Below, piece after piece: positions 27,293 to 31,627 of a DNA stretch of 31,627 nucleotides. The DNA lies in the IMG/VR virus record IMGVR_UViG_3300032315_001694. One strand, 5' to 3'. The stretch's first letter is position 1, and each line of letters opens with the position of its first letter. The notes under the pieces are model-generated. The model saw only the letters and a list, made by a program, of their open reading frames with translations. It did no database searches and was not told where the DNA came from. The DNA comes from a virus. Taxonomy: Duplodnaviria; Heunggongvirae; Uroviricota; Caudoviricetes. A program made the translations under genes and the position numbers.

Positions 27293-28114
27293 TCATATCC
27301 TGCCATTCAATGTATTTACCTTACAATCTGACTTTTCTTTTATCAGTTTAGTTAGAAATTCTAAATCATCTGATCCATATTCAATTAATCTATATTTAGA
27401 TATCTTCCATTGAATTACATCTTTGAATTTATCAGGATCTTGCTCACCATTTTGATTTCTACTATTATCATAAAATCTTTTAATTAAATCTTTTTGAGCA
27501 TAAAAGAACAATAAAGTATTTCTATTTTTTATTGTCGTATTAAAACCGTGATATGAATAAAAATGTGGAGCAAAAAAAGAAACACTATTCGGAACATATT
27601 TTGAAACCTTACATGGTTTCAAATCTTTATCATAAAGTATTGTTCCATTATCTAACTCTTCTTGCTCCGTTAATTCATTCTCTGGGATATAAAAAATAAC
27701 TGATATAAATTGAGCGGGTATATCAGTGTGTATTTTCTGAAATCTATTTTCATCTGTATAAACAAATTGTAAATCATGATTAAAACACATCTCATCTACA
27801 TGATTACCATAATAAAACTTTTTCATTAGAGCATCTTTTATCTCTCTATCATCAAATACATCTCTAACTATATCAATCTCTAAATCATTAATATCTTTTA
27901 AACTAAATTTCTTATTCATGAAATTTGGGTTATCCCAATTCCTATCTTGTAAATTTTCATTGTATTTATAATACAACATTTTATCTTTTAATGCCTGATA
28001 AAAATCATTTGGAAAAATATCATTAACATAAAGATTATAAAAAGGATAAATATTTACATCTGTTAATTCTATCTTTTTTAAAACATGATATTTAATATCC
28101 TTAATAGATGTCAT
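27293..28114 (-). CDS. 2OG-Fe(II) dioxygenase
   Basis: IHTD (HxD), NGTILY, distal YHGF and RNTL motifs of the DSBH fold. Confidence 0.8.
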   Translation of the reverse strand: MTSIKDIKYHVLKKIELTDVNIYPFYNLYVNDIFPNDFYQALKDKMLYYKYNENLQDRNWDNPNFMNKKFSLKDINDLEIDIVRDVFDDREIKDALMKKFYYGNHVDEMCFNHDLQFVYTDENRFQKIHTDIPAQFISVIFYIPENELTEQEELDNGTILYDKDLKPCKVSKYVPNSVSFFAPHFYSYHGFNTTIKNRNTLLFFYAQKDLIKRFYDNSRNQNGEQDPDKFKDVIQWKISKYRLIEYGSDDLEFLTKLIKEKSDCKVNTLNGRI

Positions 28115-28721
28115 TTATAGTAGTTATTTTTCTAAGATATTTATCATCACCGAGTATTAGGTTATAATCATATTTTAACTTAGATACAATTGGCAAAACC
28201 TCACAATATATATTACTCTCAATATATTCTCTAAAAATAGACTTGAATAATTTAAAATTAGTTATTTGTGGAGAACATAATTGAATATATTTATCTCTAT
28301 TAGGAATTTCCCAGGAACCAGATTCATTAATCTTAGCCAATCCATTAACAATTGGAAGATAATATTGAGAATGGAAATTATTCTTTTGAGATTCAATTAA
28401 ATTATTAATACAATCTTTTGTTATGAAAGGTCGAGCTGCATCATGAATCAAAATATTTGAATAATCATCATTAAGATAATCCAAAGCAGTTTTAATAGAT
28501 TTAATTCTATCATCAACATCATTTACTAAAATCTTATTATTAGTTATAATTTGACTATAACAAGTTGAATTAGTTATTATAATAACCTCATCTAACAACC
28601 GATTTAATATATCAATTGAGTGATTGATAATAGGCTTACCATTAATTGTATAAAGTTGTTTCGGAATAGAATTATTAAATCTAGAACTTTTACCAGCGGC
28701 TAAAATTATACCAACATTCAT
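28101..28721 (-). CDS. ispD: IspD/TarI-like cytidylyltransferase (206 aa; start re-assigned to ATG 28721)
   Basis: GIILAAGKSSRF..PKQ, ILIHDAARPFI, KITTINDI motifs. Confidence 0.88.
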   Translation of the reverse strand: MNVGIILAAGKSSRFNNSIPKQLYTINGKPIINHSIDILNRLLDEVIIITNSTCYSQIITNNKILVNDVDDRIKSIKTALDYLNDDYSNILIHDAARPFITKDCINNLIESQKNNFHSQYYLPIVNGLAKINESGSWEIPNRDKYIQLCSPQITNFKLFKSIFREYIESNIYCEVLPIVSKLKYDYNLILGDDKYLRKITTINDIY

Positions 28722-28770
28722 ATAACTTATATAAAAAAAACAATTAGAGTTTTTCATCTATAATTAGAAT

Positions 28771-29016
28771 ATGTATGACCAAAATGAAAAATTAAAAGAA
28801 ATTATCAACTCTGATAAATTAGATATAACACTAACTATGAATATCTTAATTAATGCTGTTAAGGCTAATTGGGAAAAATTTAATACTGTTGATAAATTCT
28901 TAATTGGGAAATCCTTACAAACAATAGAATACTATTTTGAAAAAAAAGAGGATATTGTTATTAAATTTAAGAAGGATGTATTCCCAGTCGGTGACGATCC
29001 GACTTCTTCTCGCTGA
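28771..29016 (+). CDS. Hypothetical protein (81 aa); last ~12 codons are antisense to tRNA-Glu(CUC)
   Basis: ORF track; plausible helical sequence. Confidence 0.55.
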   Translation: MYDQNEKLKEIINSDKLDITLTMNILINAVKANWEKFNTVDKFLIGKSLQTIEYYFEKKEDIVIKFKKDVFPVGDDPTSSR

Positions 29017-29052
29017 GAACGAGATGAACTAACCAACGTATTCGATGGGAAC
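28979..29052 (-). tRNA. trnE: tRNA-Glu (CUC)
   Basis: Acceptor GTTCCCA/TGGGAAT; anticodon arm TCTCG-TTCTCAG-CGAGA; T arm GTCGG-ATCGTCA-CCGAC. Confidence 0.82.
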
Positions 29053-29796
29053 ATTTTTTTTATATATTTTTATCCACTTCCTGATAGAATTATCCGATAC
29101 TCCATATTTCCTACCAACTCCAACATATCCAAGTAAAGATATTTCTTCCAAAAGTTCTTCATAAGGTGGTCTTTGCACTTTTCTTCTTTTTTCCATAGCC
29201 TCAATAAAAGTATCCTTTTTAGAATTTATAATTTCTATACCTTTACTATTTTTATGATAACAAGACTTACAAGTTTTACTATCTTTTCGTTTTTTATTAC
29301 CACACTCACATAAATCAAATCTTGTATATTTATCTTCCTTTTTTACATTTAATCCACGACAATGAGTTTCTAATGTTGCGTTACAATTTGGACAAACAAT
29401 TCTTAAATTTTCAATTCTGTTATCGTGTCTATCACCATTGATATGGTCTAATATAAGTGACATTCTTTTACCTTGCCAGGTTTCATCTTGATGACATAAC
29501 TCACAAATTGGACTCTTTAGATTAAGTTTATACAATTTATTTTTTAAGTGATTTGTTGACTTGTAAGTCGAATTTTTGACTAAAACCTCTGATATTTCTC
29601 TAGCAACAAAAAATCCTCTTATACCTACTTGTTTATGTGGCTCAAAATGAGATACGTCTATATTGTTATTAGTGATAAAATAAGATAGTGTATTGTAATT
29701 ACCTCCGTTATTTTTAAGATTAAGTTTATTCAAAACATCAGTTTTATTGATAGATTTTGAAATGATTTCTTTTATATATTCAGTATTTTTCCACAT
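29029..29796 (-). CDS. HNH homing endonuclease inserted in the Tyr/Glu tRNA array (255 aa; start re-assigned to ATG 29796)
   Basis: CELC...LDHINGDRHDNRIENLRIVCPNCN; C-terminal Zn ribbon and HTH-like segment; TTAATATATA at 29814-29823. Confidence 0.88.
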   Translation of the reverse strand: MWKNTEYIKEIISKSINKTDVLNKLNLKNNGGNYNTLSYFITNNNIDVSHFEPHKQVGIRGFFVAREISEVLVKNSTYKSTNHLKNKLYKLNLKSPICELCHQDETWQGKRMSLILDHINGDRHDNRIENLRIVCPNCNATLETHCRGLNVKKEDKYTRFDLCECGNKKRKDSKTCKSCYHKNSKGIEIINSKKDTFIEAMEKRRKVQRPPYEELLEEISLLGYVGVGRKYGVSDNSIRKWIKIYKKNVPIEYVG

Positions 29797-29846
29797 AAAA
29801 TTTATTTTTATTTTATATATTAAAATACCGAGCCTCCCTAAATGAG

Positions 29847-29934
29847 TCGGAGTGGATGGATTTGAACCACCGATGTTTACCACTTGGGTAGGAAATTTAC
29901 AGTTTCCTGGGATCAGCCTCTACCCTACACTCCG
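29847..29934 (-). tRNA. trnY: tRNA-Tyr (GUA) with C1-G72
   Basis: Acceptor CGGAGTG/CACTCCG, A73; GGAAA-CTGTAAA-TTTCC; long variable arm. Confidence 0.85.
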
Positions 29935-29939
29935 TTTTG

Positions 29940-30010
29940 TACTCCCGAGCGGTTACGATCCGCCGTCTATGCAGTGAAAGTGCATCGATCTTCCATTAAT
30001 CTACGGGAGC
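29940..30010 (-). tRNA. trnE: tRNA-Glu (UUC)
   Basis: GCTCCCG/CGGGAGT; ATGCA-CTTTCAC-TGCAT; T loop ATCGTAA. Confidence 0.85.
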
Positions 30011-30017
30011 ATTTTAG

Positions 30018-30105
30018 TGGGTGTGGTAGGACTCGAACCTACGATGTTAGTCATAAAGACCTCTGGTTTACAGCCAAAGCCAATCGCCGCTATGGTGACA
30101 CACCC
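30018..30105 (-). tRNA. trnY: tRNA-Tyr (GUA)
   Basis: GGGTGTG/CACACCC, A73; TTTGG-CTGTAAA-CCAGA; long variable arm. Confidence 0.9.
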
Positions 30106-30110
30106 TTTCG

Positions 30111-30181
30111 TAGCTCGTAGGGGTAACGATCCCCTCTTTCTTGGTTGAAAACCAAGCGTCCTTCCTCTAGACGAACGAGCC
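30111..30181 (-). tRNA. trnE: tRNA-Glu (UUC)
   Basis: GGCTCGT/ACGAGCT; CTTGG-TTTTCAA-CCAAG; T loop ATCGTTA. Confidence 0.85.
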
Positions 30182-30187
30182 AAGTTG

Positions 30188-30275
30188 TTGGAGTGGAAGG
30201 AATCGAACCTCCTAAACACCCATACGCCATTTTTTAAACTGTGGGGGCTTTACGTGCCCCTGCCGTTACACTCCA
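30188..30275 (-). ncRNA. Non-canonical tRNA-like element (7-bp acceptor and T arm intact, no standard D arm, GUA-containing hairpin)
   Basis: TGGAGTG/CACTCCA; GGGGC-ACGTAAA-GCCCC; T arm GGAGG-TTCGATT-CCTTC. Confidence 0.65.
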
Positions 30276-30298
30276 TTTTATATTTCAAAGAACTCTAA

Positions 30299-30337
30299 AA
30301 ACAAAAAACCCAATCAAGTCTGAGTTGATTGGGTTTT
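30299..30337 (-). terminator. Intrinsic terminator/attenuator hairpin between leader B and the Tyr/Glu tRNAs
   Basis: AAAACCCAATCAA-CTCAGAC-TTGATTGGGTTTT (13 bp) continuing TTGTTTTT. Confidence 0.88.
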
Positions 30338-30359
30338 ACGAGTTTCAGTTATTTTATAC

Positions 30360-30455
30360 TTAACTTAAACACATAGCCTTATCAACTACGAACTTTTGCT
30401 CATATTCATAACCTTCATAAGAAGAAACGATTGTTATGTTTGTAGTGTTAGACAT
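30360..30455 (-). CDS. Leader peptide B, MSNTTNITIVSSYEGYEYEQKFVVDKAMCLS (31 aa)
   Basis: Codons 13-19 are TAT GAA GGT TAT GAA TAT GAG; followed by the terminator. Confidence 0.82.
   Translation of the reverse strand: MSNTTNITIVSSYEGYEYEQKFVVDKAMCLS
30377..30387 (-). promoter_or_regulatory. Candidate antiterminator strand of attenuator B
   Basis: AGUUGAU-AA-GG can pair with CC-CA-AUCAACU of the terminator 5' arm and loop (7 bp + 2x2 internal loop + 2 bp). Confidence 0.55.
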
Positions 30456-30491
30456 TTTATTTAAGTTTTACTTTGTTTTCTAATTGTTTTA

Positions 30492-30523
30492 CAAATATAA
30501 GATGATTTTTTTGTATCACCAAA
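30492..30523 (-). promoter_or_regulatory. Bacteroidota-type sigma promoter (TTTG-N20-TATATTTG) for leader B and the Tyr/Glu tRNA operon
   Basis: Exact consensus match with a 20-nt spacer. Confidence 0.7.
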
Positions 30524-30547
30524 TATTTTTTGAAATATTTTTGTTTG

Positions 30548-30628
30548 TTGCGGGAAGAGGATTTGAACCTCTGTCTTACATTGTTCCGGGTTATGAGCCC
30601 GGTGACCTTACCACTAGTCCACCCCGCG
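30548..30628 (-). tRNA. trnfM: Initiator tRNA-fMet (CAU) with a 13-nt variable loop
   Basis: C1.A72 mismatch; CCGGG-CTCATAA-CCCGG with three G-C pairs next to the loop. Confidence 0.87.
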
Positions 30629-30638
30629 ATGTTTTTTG

Positions 30639-30710
30639 TAGCGGGAGTAGGAATTGAACCTACGACCTCAAGGTTATGAGCCTTGCGAGCCACCACTGCT
30701 CTATCCCGCA
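30639..30710 (-). tRNA. trnM: tRNA-Met (CAU), initiator-like
   Basis: TGCGGGA/TCCCGCT with a U1.U72 mismatch; CAAGG-CTCATAA-CCTTG (only two G-C pairs adjacent to the loop). Confidence 0.85.
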
Positions 30711-30725
30711 ATATTTTATAGATTG

Positions 30726-30735
30726 TATATATTAA
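30726..30735 (-). promoter_or_regulatory. TTAATATATA motif upstream of the Met tRNA pair
   Basis: Exact motif 15 nt before the tRNA 5' end. Confidence 0.5.
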
Positions 30736-30795
30736 AAAGTTTTAGTCCCTTTTTAACTTTTTTCAAAAATTGTTTCAGTTCTTGAACCAACAATA

Positions 30796-30826
30796 CAAAG
30801 ATACGGATTATTTTTGAACTGCCAAA
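30796..30826 (-). promoter_or_regulatory. Bacteroidota-type sigma promoter (TTTG-N19-TATCTTTG) upstream of the Met tRNA pair
   Basis: Consensus match. Confidence 0.6.
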
Positions 30827-30839
30827 CTTTTTTCAAAAA

Positions 30840-31256
30840 TTATCTTTTATAAACTTCAATCACTGTAGCATCTGTTGGTATTGTATAGTATTTACTAAAA
30901 TTTTCTATAAATGTTTTCACATTTTTGACCGGTTTGAAAGATATTTGATTAGCTCTATTTCTAACTTCAGCATTTATCAAACAAGATTCTGGATCATTCT
31001 CAAAATAAATCCAATCTATTTTAACATCTGGACTAATCGATTTAATCCTTTCTTCTGCCTTTTGACGATTTTTCTCAAAACATAACTGAGGATCTGTTAT
31101 AATCAAATCCCTATCTAAATGTGGTTGAATATCTGTCTCAAAGTTCTTTGGATCATCTATAATCAAATATTTTCCACCATTATCTTTATTAATCTTCTTA
31201 GCCAAAGTGGATTTACCACTTCCTGGAAGACCAACTATGAAAAGTATATTGGACAT
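30840..31256 (-). CDS. P-loop kinase / AAA_33-like protein (polynucleotide-kinase-like)
   Basis: IVGLPGSGKSTLA Walker A, LIIDD, LIITD, CLINAEVRNR lid-like motif. Confidence 0.72.
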   Translation of the reverse strand: MSNILFIVGLPGSGKSTLAKKINKDNGGKYLIIDDPKNFETDIQPHLDRDLIITDPQLCFEKNRQKAEERIKSISPDVKIDWIYFENDPESCLINAEVRNRANQISFKPVKNVKTFIENFSKYYTIPTDATVIEVYKR

Positions 31257-31627
31257 TAGAATGAATTATTTTCTGACAGAAATTGATACAAGTCACCTAA
31301 AGTGATATAATAACAAGAATAATCATCATAGTTACCATAATATTCATTGTGACTTCTTGAGTCTTCATGAATTATACTTGAATCATTATACAAGATTTGA
31401 CATAATTCTTGAGGTGATTTCTCATTAGCATGTGATGATAAGATATCATCAAGAATTGGCTTCAAATAACTAAATATAAAATCATTCAAATCTAATGAAC
31501 TACCATCATACGGTTGAGCACCATCATCATCACCAGTGTCCCAACAAGAACCACCAGAAGCACCACCAGTATTTACTTCAGCATAAAGGAAAACATTTCT
31601 TTTTTTCCAATCAAGTGAGTTTTCTAA
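31256..31627 (-). CDS. Hypothetical protein, 5' end beyond the window (>123 aa; the track's 77-aa ORF is its C-terminal part)
   Basis: Frame open from 31627 (LENSLDWKKRNVFLYAEVNTGGASGGSCWDTG...) into the track ORF; ATGA-type coupling to the next gene. Confidence 0.7.
   Translation of the reverse strand, partial: LENSLDWKKRNVFLYAEVNTGGASGGSCWDTGDDDGAQPYDGSSLDLNDFIFSYLKPILDDILSSHANEKSPQELCQILYNDSSIIHEDSRSHNEYYGNYDDYSCYYITLGDLYQFLSENNSF

Noticed and set aside
22065-30275. Reading the two aberrant tRNA-like genes as ochre suppressor (UUA), Leu (UAA/UAG), Ser (UGA) or Sec tRNAs
   Set aside because: None of those triplets sits in a 7-nt loop with U33 closed by a paired stem; no UCA anticodon
21765-30711. 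Track ORFs 21765-21959, 21898-22095, 29884-30120, 30001-30219, 30457-30711 and the 5' extension of the HNH ORF to 29883
   Set aside because: They overlap tRNA genes and are artefacts of GC-richer tRNA sequence
1-31627. Stop-codon recoding, as in some huge phages
   Set aside because: Long ORFs are intact in code 11, both TAG and TGA terminate plausible genes, and no suppressor tRNA was found
1-31627. Diversity-generating retroelement, retron, group I/II intron or IS element
   Set aside because: No reverse transcriptase, transposase, TR/VR pair or interrupted gene seen by eye; a dot-plot would be needed to exclude short diverged repeats

Overview
AT-rich (roughly 25-30% GC by eye) segment of a large dsDNA tailed phage genome, read in standard code 11. 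A Bacteroidota host is likely: five copies of the TTTG-N19/20-TAnnTTTG host-type promoter are present and there are no obvious Shine-Dalgarno sites. The left half (1-15.9 kb, mostly minus strand) is a virion-structural block. It includes a >1251-aa triple beta-helix tailspike-like ORF missed by the ORF track, 371/901/2044-aa proteins and an inserted Zn-repeat endonuclease. The middle has phoH, an M20/M28-type peptidase, an SLT lytic transglycosylase and a Thg1-like 3'-5' polymerase. The right half has a LicD / GT25-kinase / 2OG-oxygenase / IspD glycan-modification cluster, two HNH endonucleases, a P-loop kinase and 12 canonical tRNAs plus 2 aberrant tRNA-like genes. Main discovery: two tRNA operons are each preceded by a host-type promoter, a short leader ORF and an intrinsic terminator with a candidate antiterminator. 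The leader's codon run matches the downstream tRNAs: GGGAGA upstream of 3 Gly + 2 Ala tRNAs, and YEGYEYE upstream of 2 Tyr + 3 Glu tRNAs. This looks like ribosome-mediated transcription attenuation that switches on replacement tRNAs when those tRNAs become limiting. All calls are by manual reading; no searches or folding programs were run.
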